Assembly: GCA_016188265.1 (NCBI GenBank)
Contig: JACPID010000009.1
Span: forward strand, 1 to 45,009
Length of the DNA stretch: 45,009 nucleotides
Source: Candidatus Woesearchaeota archaeon
Lineage (GTDB): Archaea; Nanobdellota; Nanobdellia; Woesearchaeales; ARS49
Direction: 5' to 3'
The translations under genes were made by a program, and so were the position numbers. Below the pieces are notes generated by a model. It searched no databases, had not been told where the DNA came from, and saw nothing but the letters and a program-made list of their open reading frames with translations. Below are positions 36,490-45,009 of this stretch, in pieces (position 1 is the first letter of the stretch; each line of letters opens with the position of its first letter).

Positions 36490-37158
36490 TTAGCATAATT
36501 CAGCGCCATTATTAGTCAAAGAAAAATAAACTTGTTTTTTTTGAAGTGAAGGATGTTTTTGAAGAGTTAGTTTTCTTCTTGAAGAATGAAGTTTTTCTAT
36601 TTCAATCACGCAATCACTATTTGAAGTAAGAAGTTCTTTACCAATAGGTCTTATTTTTGATGTATTGATGTCTTCATAAACTTGTGTTGTTATTACAATA
36701 GGAATAGAATATTTTTTTGCAATTTCGCTGAGTAATTGAACCTGAATAGAAAGATATTGATCTGCACGTGATTTATCTTCTGAACGTTCAACACGAAAAT
36801 GAACTGATATTGTATCTACAATTATTGCACCGACTTTCTGAGAAACTATTTTGCTAATTTGCTTTACTATATTTATTTGTTCTTGAAAATTAGTTGGCCT
36901 GAATAAAAACAAGTAGTCTAAATAACTCTTGTATTTAGCGCATAATTGTTCAATTCTTTGCAATGAAAAACCTTTTTCAGTATCAATAAAAATAACTTTA
37001 TTTCCTCTTCGTGCTTGTTCTAAAAAAATAAGTTTAGCAAAAGTGGTTTTACCAGAACCAGCAGGACCGTATAATAAAGTAATTTTACCTTTATTTAAAC
37101 CTCCTTCTAATAGATTATCTAAAATTTCATTACCTGAAGAAATAAAATCAATACCCAT
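36490..37158 (-). CDS. radB: DNA repair protein RadB
   Basis: RecA core without an N-domain: GPAGSGKT, IDTEKG, IVDTIS, TTQV and C-terminal KHPS basic patch. Confidence 0.88.
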   Translation of the reverse strand: MGIDFISSGNEILDNLLEGGLNKGKITLLYGPAGSGKTTFAKLIFLEQARRGNKVIFIDTEKGFSLQRIEQLCAKYKSYLDYLFLFRPTNFQEQINIVKQISKIVSQKVGAIIVDTISVHFRVERSEDKSRADQYLSIQVQLLSEIAKKYSIPIVITTQVYEDINTSKIRPIGKELLTSNSDCVIEIEKLHSSRRKLTLQKHPSLQKKQVYFSLTNNGAELC

Positions 37159-37201
37159 CAACATTAAAATTAAAGGTATTTTTATATACTTTTGGTATTT
37201 C

Positions 37202-37379
37202 AAACACTAAGATTCCACTAGTGTTTCATTAGTGGTTTAGTAGTGGTTCTCAAAAAGCCACGCTTTTTGGAACACCGAAAATGTTTTGCATTTTCGATTG
37301 AATCTTGGTGTGCTCAAGCACTAGAAAATCGAAGATTTTCTGTGCACAGAAAATGCGTTGCATTTTCTTGTGAACCACT
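37202..37379. repeat. Modular multi-hairpin dispersed repeat, copy 2
   Basis: 177/178 nt identical to copy 1 without its 108-nt insert. Intergenic between divergent genes. Confidence 0.9.
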
Positions 37380-37391
37380 TAAGATAGCCAA

Positions 37392-38900
37392 ATGAAAATA
37401 AGTTTCAATTACAAAAAAGAAGTAGTATATTTACTTATAGTTATTACGTTTATAAGCATATTTGCAGTTCGTCTATGGGTAAGTATACAACAACCATATT
37501 TTCACAATGATGAGTCTTATTTTCATTTAAGACAAATCAAAAACATTGTAGATTCTGGATTGCCTTTATATTATGATCCATTGTCATATGGAGGAAGAAC
37601 ACTGTTTTTTTTGCCAGGATTTCATTACATATTAAGTGTTTTCATACTTTTTTTTGGAAATATTTTAGGAATAAAAATAGCGATTTCATTGTTTAATGCA
37701 ATTCTTTTTTTAATAATATATATTCTTACTAATTACTTAATTAAAAATCCGATTTTAGCTTATTTAACAGCAATAACTTCAGCAATATTGCCGTTATACA
37801 TTATTAAGACGATGAATGAAGTAACGCCTTTCAGCATATTTTTAGTTCTTTTTTTCCTGATGGTTTATTTTTTTCTTAAAAGATCAGTTAACTATTTTTT
37901 ATTTACTCTTTTAATAACTTCACTAATTCATCCTCTTATTCTATTATTTACACTCAGTTCTGTTTTTTACATAATACTAATGTTTATTGAAGCTAAGAAA
38001 ATAGAGCATAAAGATAAAGAATTGATTTTATTTACTCTTTTTTTTACAACATGGATTGAATTTTTTTTTCACAGTGATATTATTTATGTTCATGGCTGGA
38101 AAGCAATTTGGCAGAATGTTCCGATAGAATTATTTAATAATTATTTCAGCCAAATTTTTATTGCAGCATCAATCGACAAACTAGGGATTATAGCTATAAC
38201 ATTAGGATTTTATGGATTGTACATAACTTTAGCAAAAATAAAAACTCGCGAAAATTTTTTTATGGTGGCTTTAGTAATTTCCGCGGGGTTATTGGTTTGG
38301 ATAAGAATAATTGAAGGAACAACAGGGCTTATAATACTAGGGCTTCTTCTAACAATTTTTTTCGGAATCTGGCTTAACTGGTTCTTTTTATTTCTTCAAA
38401 AAACAAAAATATCACATTATCATAATATTTTTCTAGCAGGATTTTTTATACTAATTATATTAAGTTCAGGAATTCCAACTTATTTGAGAAGTATTGAAGA
38501 ACAAAAAAAACAATTACAACCTGAAGACATTTCTGCACTAAAATGGGCGCGTGAACTTCCTAGTGAAGCTAAAATACTGGCGCCGCCTGAGTATGGGCAT
38601 ATCATAACTTATTTTGCAAACAAGTCAAATATTATTGATTCAAATTATATTCTTCAGAAAAATATTGATGAAATATATAAAGATATTAAATTTGTTTATA
38701 GAACATCACTATATATAGATGTAGTTGATACCTTTGCTAAGTATAATGCAGATTATATTTTAATTTCTCAAAAAATATTAACTGAATCTAAACGTGAAGA
38801 GTGGATCCCTAGTTCAAGTAATTGTTTTGAATTAATCTATAATAAAACTACTCAAATATATAAACGTAAATGTTTAAGGGTGAGGCCTTATGCTGTATAA
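37392..38900 (+). CDS. Polytopic membrane protein, GT-C/STT3-like glycosyltransferase candidate
   Basis: DESYFHLR after TM1, YDPLSYGGR, many TM segments and a C-terminal soluble domain (YGHIITYFA). Confidence 0.6.
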   Translation: MKISFNYKKEVVYLLIVITFISIFAVRLWVSIQQPYFHNDESYFHLRQIKNIVDSGLPLYYDPLSYGGRTLFFLPGFHYILSVFILFFGNILGIKIAISLFNAILFLIIYILTNYLIKNPILAYLTAITSAILPLYIIKTMNEVTPFSIFLVLFFLMVYFFLKRSVNYFLFTLLITSLIHPLILLFTLSSVFYIILMFIEAKKIEHKDKELILFTLFFTTWIEFFFHSDIIYVHGWKAIWQNVPIELFNNYFSQIFIAASIDKLGIIAITLGFYGLYITLAKIKTRENFFMVALVISAGLLVWIRIIEGTTGLIILGLLLTIFFGIWLNWFFLFLQKTKISHYHNIFLAGFFILIILSSGIPTYLRSIEEQKKQLQPEDISALKWARELPSEAKILAPPEYGHIITYFANKSNIIDSNYILQKNIDEIYKDIKFVYRTSLYIDVVDTFAKYNADYILISQKILTESKREEWIPSSSNCFELIYNKTTQIYKRKCLRVRPYAV

Positions 38901-40173
38901 GATAACTGCATTAATTTTTGTAATTATCTGCACAATCCTACCATTCACAATTAGAATTTTCAATGGAAATACTGCTTGGATTGGAGTGGAACCTTACAAG
39001 TATGCAATCGAGAATCAATATACGTTTTTTCACAATATTTTACAAACATCTTTAAATTTATTTGGTGAAAATATTACAGGCGTATTGCTTCCTTGGATTT
39101 TAACAGTTTTTGGAATTATACTAGTAGTTTTTACAGCACGCAATTATAACCTTCCTGTAAAAACTGGCCTTTTATTTATCTCACTGCCTCTTTATCCTGC
39201 AGTTTTATCTTTAAGTTCACAATTCAGTCCTCTTACTTGGAGTTTTTTTCTTATTAGCGCAGCTCTTTATGCGTTGTCAAAAAATAATTTGTGGCTGGCA
39301 ATTATTATTTTTTTATTATTATCTGATTTTTCAATACTGCATATATCAATTATTTTATTATTCTGTTCAATTATTGATAAAGAATTTTTTAAAAAAGTTA
39401 TTCCCTGGGGAATTGTAATTGCACTAGTACGCTTATTAATGCCATTAAACACTCTGCAATTACTTAAAACTTCACCATTATCTGCCTTTTTTTCAGATGT
39501 CGGGGGAGTTTTCGGAGTAAGTTTTTTTTTATTAATTGCAGTATTAATAGGATTAATAAAATTGTGGAAATTCAAGAAGAAATTTTATTCTTTATACGCT
39601 ATTGCAATCATAATTGTGATGCTAAGTTTTCATTATTTACAACTAGTTCCATATACAATTATAATTTTTTCAGTAATTTCTGCTTTTTCTTTTCAATATG
39701 TTTTAGAACTTAAATGGCAGTTAGTTGAACTTAGAAAACTATTTTTAATGATTTTTTTTTTAAGCTTATTTTTTTCAATGATAACCCATGCATATCATCT
39801 TAGTGAATTGCTTCCTAATGAAGATCAAAAATCAGCGTTTAAATCTCTTAAAAAAATAACCAGCCCAGTTTTTTTCAGCGGCAGGCAAAATGCACCGCTA
39901 ATTGCATTTTGGAGTGAAAAAAATACGAGTTTATATAATTCTGAAACAAATGAAGAATTTGATATGCTTTTACAAACTTATTCTATTGAAAACGCGATAA
40001 ATATAATTAAAAAACATAACATAACTCATATAGTAATTACTCCCGACATGTGGCAGGGAAGTGTTTGGAACAATAAAGAAGAAGGACTAAATCTTTTATT
40101 ATTAAATACTGAAACATTCCAGCTTGTAGAAAATAGCACAAACGTGTATGTTTGGAAATTTATTGGGAAGTGA
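38890..40173 (+). CDS. Polytopic membrane protein, GT-C-like
   Basis: Many TM segments. C-terminal IIKKHNITHIVIT domain similar in layout to the upstream gene. Confidence 0.5.
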   Translation: MLYKITALIFVIICTILPFTIRIFNGNTAWIGVEPYKYAIENQYTFFHNILQTSLNLFGENITGVLLPWILTVFGIILVVFTARNYNLPVKTGLLFISLPLYPAVLSLSSQFSPLTWSFFLISAALYALSKNNLWLAIIIFLLLSDFSILHISIILLFCSIIDKEFFKKVIPWGIVIALVRLLMPLNTLQLLKTSPLSAFFSDVGGVFGVSFFLLIAVLIGLIKLWKFKKKFYSLYAIAIIIVMLSFHYLQLVPYTIIIFSVISAFSFQYVLELKWQLVELRKLFLMIFFLSLFFSMITHAYHLSELLPNEDQKSAFKSLKKITSPVFFSGRQNAPLIAFWSEKNTSLYNSETNEEFDMLLQTYSIENAINIIKKHNITHIVITPDMWQGSVWNNKEEGLNLLLLNTETFQLVENSTNVYVWKFIGK

Positions 40174-41584
40174 AAATGTAATACTTATTTCCAAAATATT
40201 CTTCTTCAAATGATTTAATATAATTTTGTTCCAAATAGGGAATTATAGAATTCTTTTTTTCAATACAAGAAAAATTTGTTGTCTCGCAAAAAAAAGCTCT
40301 AGGAGAATACACAACTGTTCCTGTGCTAATATTTTCTTCCCAAGGAATATATCCTGCTTTTGGTAAGCCAACATGGAAATAGTAAGGAATAAATAGTTCA
40401 TCTGAGTATGCTGTAAAAACAGGATCTGCAGTTAAGATGGGAAGTTTTTGAGGATTATTCTTAAAATAAAAAAAATAATCCAAATACATCTTAGGAGGCT
40501 CGTAAGTTCTCCATTCATAATAAATACGTTCTTGATTAATTGGAATGCGTAAAAGAACAACTAAAATAACAACACTAAAAAAAATCAAAATATTATTTTT
40601 TAAGATCTTTGCTTGAATATATTTTAAGCCGAGGCTTGTAAAATAAACAAGAAAAGGAAGAAACTGAAGAAGAAACCTGGCCTGTTTGTTTATAATGCTT
40701 GTATGAAAAATAAAATAAACTAATAATAAAATAAATAATAATAAAGGGCCTTCTTGTTTATACATTTTTTTTGAAAAAAACAACCATAACCCGAGAATAC
40801 TTACAAGAAACAGCCAATTTCCATTAACAAGAGCATAGATATAAAAAAAATAATTATACAATGTGCCTGGAACAGCTTCTGCAAGATTTGAAGTATGTTC
40901 TGATGCCATAAAAAAAGGATAGCCTAAAGCCTGAAGAAAAGAATCAGAATAAGGATAATATACTAAAAAATTAATCATTGCAAAAGGAAGAAGAACAAAA
41001 ATAGCTCCTAAAATAAAATAAAGCAATTTTTTAAAAACAAGCTTTTTTTGAAAAAATCTTATTATAAAAAATAAAATTATTCCTATAAATGCCAGAATAT
41101 GAGTGAACCTAAAGAAAAAAGCCAGCGCAAAAAAAATACCAGTTAGTAAATAGTTGGTTTTGTGAATAAAAAAGTATAGTCCTAAAATAAGAAAAAATGT
41201 TGATGGGATCTCTGTTAAAATATAAGAAGAATAAAGATAAAAAAAAGGAGCAGTAACATATAAAAGAACGTCCCAAAACTCATTATCAAACAAGTATTTA
41301 ACAATAATCAGCGTTGAAAGTGAAAAAAGTAAAATAAGAATATCCCCTGCCATAACTATAGGAATTCCAGTTTTCCAAAAAAAACCTAAAATAAAGGCTA
41401 AACCATAAGGTCGAAAAGTTTCCCACAAGCCAACAATTCCTTGTGAAAAAATATATTTTCCCATGCCAATATAAACAGCTTCATCCCAAATAATTGAGTG
41501 AAACTTAGTCATAAAAAGAATTTTTGACATAGTAAAAAAAGCAATACAAACAATAATAATCCCAATTGAGTATTTATTCTTCAT
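40160..41584 (-). CDS. GT-C (PMT/ArnT-like) glycosyltransferase
   Basis: WDEAVY after TM1, RP, LTE and RF motifs, about 11 TM segments. Confidence 0.75.
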   Translation of the reverse strand: MKNKYSIGIIIVCIAFFTMSKILFMTKFHSIIWDEAVYIGMGKYIFSQGIVGLWETFRPYGLAFILGFFWKTGIPIVMAGDILILLFSLSTLIIVKYLFDNEFWDVLLYVTAPFFYLYSSYILTEIPSTFFLILGLYFFIHKTNYLLTGIFFALAFFFRFTHILAFIGIILFFIIRFFQKKLVFKKLLYFILGAIFVLLPFAMINFLVYYPYSDSFLQALGYPFFMASEHTSNLAEAVPGTLYNYFFYIYALVNGNWLFLVSILGLWLFFSKKMYKQEGPLLLFILLLVYFIFHTSIINKQARFLLQFLPFLVYFTSLGLKYIQAKILKNNILIFFSVVILVVLLRIPINQERIYYEWRTYEPPKMYLDYFFYFKNNPQKLPILTADPVFTAYSDELFIPYYFHVGLPKAGYIPWEENISTGTVVYSPRAFFCETTNFSCIEKKNSIIPYLEQNYIKSFEEEYFGNKYYIFTSQ

Positions 41585-42299
41585 AGCATTCAGGTTGATC
41601 TTGTTTGAAAAAGCTGCAAATTATAAGTTGAAGTTCATTTTTAGGAACAACTTTTCCCTGCAAAACTAAATTCTCAATAATTAATGCAGGATATTCTGTA
41701 ACACCATAACTTGATCTAAGAAGCAATAGAAGATGTTCTTTTTCTTCCAAATCAATATCTAATGGAAAAACCAGTACTTTATCACCAAATATTTTTTTAA
41801 AGTATGTTAAAATAACTCCCTGGTCAGGGCAAGCTTCGCACAAATCAGATGAAAAAAAATAAAGGATTGGAACAACATCAAAAGAGCATTTTTCTTTTGT
41901 CTTAAGTACAAACTGCCAGTATTGAATATTATCTTGAACATATTGCCTGTGAAGAATAGAGTACTGCTCTGAATTTATATTAGTCTGCTCTTTATAAGAA
42001 GTTAATTTTTCTAATGACTGGTGCAAGCTTTTAATGCTGTCATCCAGAGTTAGCCTTAACAAATCACAGGTTTTATTAGTGCTTTCAAATGAACTCAACA
42101 TTAAGTACTGCAATTGCAGGCTTTTGTAATCAAGTTCTTGAATTTGATTTTTTTGTTCTAGCATTTTTGTTCTAGCAAAATCAAACAAAAAACCTAAAGT
42201 TAGCCCTAAAGAAAAAATAAGTAAAGTTATAACTCCTGCTAATAAATATCTTCTAGAGCTTATTACGCGCTGAACTACCATTTCCACCTCTTGCCACAA
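41574..42299 (-). CDS. Membrane-anchored protein with a C-terminal thioredoxin-like fold
   Basis: N-terminal TM, helical middle, ILYFFS-x3-CEAC and YGVTEYPALII. Confidence 0.65.
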   Translation of the reverse strand: MWQEVEMVVQRVISSRRYLLAGVITLLIFSLGLTLGFLFDFARTKMLEQKNQIQELDYKSLQLQYLMLSSFESTNKTCDLLRLTLDDSIKSLHQSLEKLTSYKEQTNINSEQYSILHRQYVQDNIQYWQFVLKTKEKCSFDVVPILYFFSSDLCEACPDQGVILTYFKKIFGDKVLVFPLDIDLEEKEHLLLLLRSSYGVTEYPALIIENLVLQGKVVPKNELQLIICSFFKQDQPECYEE

Positions 42300-43549
42300 G
42301 CATGATCAAATACAACAATAACTGCAACTATACTTAAAAAAATATAATACAAAAAAAAGTAAGGAACAATATGAAGAAGCCCATACTCAGTTATATGCTC
42401 ACTTGCATTTTTATGAGCTAAATAAAATACTAGCACTCCTAGAAGCAGAAGTAAAACATTAATAAGCAGCATAGAAAATTCAAAATCCCAAAAAGAAAAT
42501 GTCCACTCAAAGGATTTTATAAAAGGAAAAAAATCAAAACCATATAAAGATGCATCATTTATCAAATTAAAAACAGGCCTGATAAAAAAGTATCCAAAAA
42601 GACCTATAATGCAAAAAGCCAAAAAATAACCCATTAGATTAATTAATGCTTGTATAATACCAAAATCACCATAATCTTTATTAAAAATAATTTTTTTGTA
42701 CTTTAAAGTATTAACCAAGCCTCCGCGAAGCCAACGATACCTGCGTTGATGATATAATTCTTTAATTGTTGAAGGAGCAACAGTATAAACATAACCATTA
42801 GGGCACTGAATAATTTTATACTGATTAAACTGGACTTTATATGCAATCTCCATATCTTCTGCAGGATTATCACAATCAAATCCTCCTAACTTTTGAATAA
42901 CTTTTGTTTTATATAAAGAAAAAGGTCCAGGAGCAACTTGAATGCAATCAATAAAGCCAAGCAAGCGGGCAATAAACAAAAATAAAATATACTCAATTCT
43001 CTGGAATTTTTGAATTATTGTTTTTGGCTTATAAACCTTCATAGCAGGAGTAATAATAGCAACATCAGGATCATTAACAAGCACGTACTTTGCAAGCATT
43101 CTTTTAAGAGTTCTATGATCAACAAAAGAATCAGCATCAAGGCATGCAAAAAATTCTCCTTTTGCAATTTCAAGCGCGCGATTAAGAGAAGCAGCTTTCT
43201 TAATATTAATTTTATTTTCTAAAATTATTAAAGAAGGAAATTCTTTTTTTAAACTGTTAAGGACATGTTCGGTATTGTCTGTGCTGGCATCATTAATAAC
43301 AATAACTTCATACTTATCTTTAGGATGATCAAGAGCATAAATTGAGCGAATGGTTTTTTCTATTGTATCTTCTTCATTAAAAGCAGGAACAAGCACCGAA
43401 ACAAAAGGGCTGAAATCAGTCATAATATTATTCCTTTTTTTAACAACAAAACTAGGCAAGTAATCAACAAATAAAAGAATCCAGTAAATAGTAAAATACA
43501 AAGATGCAACATAAGTAAACCAAATAAAACTTGTAACCAACCAATTCAT
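42275..43549 (-). CDS. Processive-type GT2 glycosyltransferase (IcaA/cellulose synthase-like)
   Basis: VPAFNEE, DASTD, LDADS, AED and QRRYRW, with flanking TM helices. Confidence 0.9.
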   Translation of the reverse strand: MNWLVTSFIWFTYVASLYFTIYWILLFVDYLPSFVVKKRNNIMTDFSPFVSVLVPAFNEEDTIEKTIRSIYALDHPKDKYEVIVINDASTDNTEHVLNSLKKEFPSLIILENKINIKKAASLNRALEIAKGEFFACLDADSFVDHRTLKRMLAKYVLVNDPDVAIITPAMKVYKPKTIIQKFQRIEYILFLFIARLLGFIDCIQVAPGPFSLYKTKVIQKLGGFDCDNPAEDMEIAYKVQFNQYKIIQCPNGYVYTVAPSTIKELYHQRRYRWLRGGLVNTLKYKKIIFNKDYGDFGIIQALINLMGYFLAFCIIGLFGYFFIRPVFNLINDASLYGFDFFPFIKSFEWTFSFWDFEFSMLLINVLLLLLGVLVFYLAHKNASEHITEYGLLHIVPYFFLYYIFLSIVAVIVVFDHACGKRWKW

Positions 43550-43644
43550 GATGATGTAAAAAGTGAATTATTGTTTTTAAATGTTTCTGGCAAGTTCGTC
43601 TCTCCGCAAGTGGCTTTTTTATTTAATTTCAAAACTTTTTTTAT

Positions 43645-43659
43645 GGAAAGATTTATAAA
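43645..43659 (+). promoter_or_regulatory. BRE/TATA promoter of MNT-HEPN pair 2 (likely leaderless)
   Basis: GGAAAGA-TTTATAAA 23 nt before ATG 43683. Confidence 0.55.
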
Positions 43660-43682
43660 CAATTATTAATTTATTTTAACAT

Positions 43683-44192
43683 ATGTTAGAAATATTTAAC
43701 AATCTTGCGCCTTTTATTGAAGATTGTTATAAAAGAATATCTGTAAGAGAATATGCGAGGATAATTAAAGTAAGCCCTCCAACAGCTTCAAAGATATTAA
43801 AAAATCTGAAATCAGAAAAACTACTTAACAAAGAACTTTTTCGCAATCATTTATTTTTTTGGGCTAACAAGGAAGACAAAATATTTATTGATTTAGCAAG
43901 ATTATATTGGAGACAAAGATTAGATAAATTAAAACTTTATTTAATAAAAAATTTGGCCAATCCTGCAGTAATACTTTATGGATCTTTAGCTAAAGCTGAA
44001 AACAAAGTTGATTCTGATATAGATCTAGCAATAATTGCGCAAAAAAAAGAACTTGATCTAAAAGTATTTGAAAAAGATCTGAAACGAAAAGTGCAAGTGT
44101 TTATTTTTTCTTCATTAAAAGAAATTAAGAACAAAGAATTACTTAATAATATATTAAACGGATGCTTAATTACGGGAAGGCTTAAGTTATAA
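43683..44192 (+). CDS. HTH-fused MNT (antitoxin-like)
   Basis: SVREYARIIKVSPPTASK HTH and LYGSLAKAENKVDSDIDL. Confidence 0.85.
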   Translation: MLEIFNNLAPFIEDCYKRISVREYARIIKVSPPTASKILKNLKSEKLLNKELFRNHLFFWANKEDKIFIDLARLYWRQRLDKLKLYLIKNLANPAVILYGSLAKAENKVDSDIDLAIIAQKKELDLKVFEKDLKRKVQVFIFSSLKEIKNKELLNNILNGCLITGRLKL

Positions 44193-44632
44193 TGGACTGG
44201 ATAGAATGCAAAGAAAAGAGAATAGCGAAAGAAGTTTTTATAGATGAAGACCTTATTAATTCTCTTATTAAGTCAAGTAAAAAGAAAATAAAATCAGAAG
44301 AATTGCTTCCTTTAAATGAAACAACTACAGAATCAAAAATAACGCTGGCTTATGATGGATTAAGAGAATTGCTAGAAGCGCTTGCACTAAGTAAAAAATT
44401 CAAAATATACAATCATGAATGTTATGGCGCTTTTTTAAAAGAAATAGTGAATTTATCTGAAGTTGGTGATGATTTTGACGAAATTAGAAAAATAAGAAAT
44501 GCTGTAAATTATTATGGCAAACAAATCAGCAAAGAAGAATGCGTGAAAATAATCCTGCAAATTAAAGAAATTATTAAAAAAGTCAAATCTGTTTTAACAT
44601 GTAAAAAACTTCAGAAAGGTAAAGTTTTATAA
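44192..44632 (+). CDS. HEPN-like protein paired with MNT
   Basis: TAATG coupling. AYDGLRELLEA, NHE and IRNAVNYYG. Confidence 0.75.
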   Translation: MDWIECKEKRIAKEVFIDEDLINSLIKSSKKKIKSEELLPLNETTTESKITLAYDGLRELLEALALSKKFKIYNHECYGAFLKEIVNLSEVGDDFDEIRKIRNAVNYYGKQISKEECVKIILQIKEIIKKVKSVLTCKKLQKGKVL

Positions 44633-44682
44633 ATAATATCTACATAAAGTTGTTGAGAAAAGGGGTTTATTGAGGTGATTGC

Positions 44683-45009
44683 ATTAAAAAGAGCTCCTTG
44701 ATATTAGTATTTGTATTACTGTTAACTACAACGGTTTATGGAGCTGAAAGGCTGCCGACAGTAAATTCAGACAATAATGCATGGGGCGCTATACTGAATA
44801 ATTTTTTAAGTGTCTCGCTTAATGGCAGTGGTTTTTTAAATTCAAACATAATTAATGCAATTCAGATTAATAGTTCTGTTGTTAATACAACACACATTGT
44901 TGATGGAACAATAATAGATGCAGATATTTCTGATACAACAAATCTAACTCTTGGAGAAATAATAACTTTTACTCTTGGTGAATCTATTGATAATATAGTT
45001 AATAATTGG
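44683..45009 (+). CDS. Secreted/surface protein, 3'-partial
   Basis: Frame open to the window end: (I)KKSSLILVFVLLLTTVYGAERLPTVNSDNNAWGAILNNFL..., with a signal peptide. Start codon uncertain (ATT 44683 or TTG 44698). Confidence 0.7.
   Translation, partial: MKKSSLILVFVLLLTTTVYGAERLPTVNSDNNAWGAILNNFLSVSLNGSGFLNSNIINAIQINSSVVNTTHIVDGTIIDADISDTTNLTLGEIITFTLGESIDNIVNNW

Noticed and set aside
3787..43222. Numerous short antisense or nested ORFs in the track (e.g. 5338-5754, 19187-19780, 20283-20696, 25981-26325)
   Set aside because: Shadow frames of confidently identified genes, with no independent motifs.

Overview
AT-rich archaeal chromosome segment, most likely DPANN (Woesearchaeota/Pacearchaeota-like), inferred from PolD, Cdc6, histone, TFE, PAN, L14e/L34e and HTH-MNT/HEPN pairs. 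The left edge carries a diversity-generating retroelement (DGR): a 5'-truncated target gene with a VR (553-639), twin 3-nt-loop hairpins, a structured template RNA containing the TR (1005-1097) and an RT with GNWTSQ/YVDD motifs. All 16 VR/TR substitutions fall at TR adenines. Next come an MNT-HEPN pair, the cdc6-DP1-DP2 operon beside a probable oriC with ORB elements, informational housekeeping genes, a cluster of paralogous lipoproteins, a glycosylation cluster and a second MNT-HEPN pair. Most unusual observations: (i) the DGR post-VR twin hairpin has the same architecture as a module of a dispersed hairpin repeat found twice elsewhere, one copy replacing the C-terminus of PAN; (ii) an exact 18-nt copy of the origin ORB lies directly behind the DGR hairpins; (iii) fen1 is split at an in-frame A_AAA_AAG slippery heptamer; (iv) two diverged TrmB paralogs share a 120/121-nt identical HTH tract; (v) a candidate box C/D sRNA overlaps the trm5 stop codon. 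All calls are by eye; no database searches were run.
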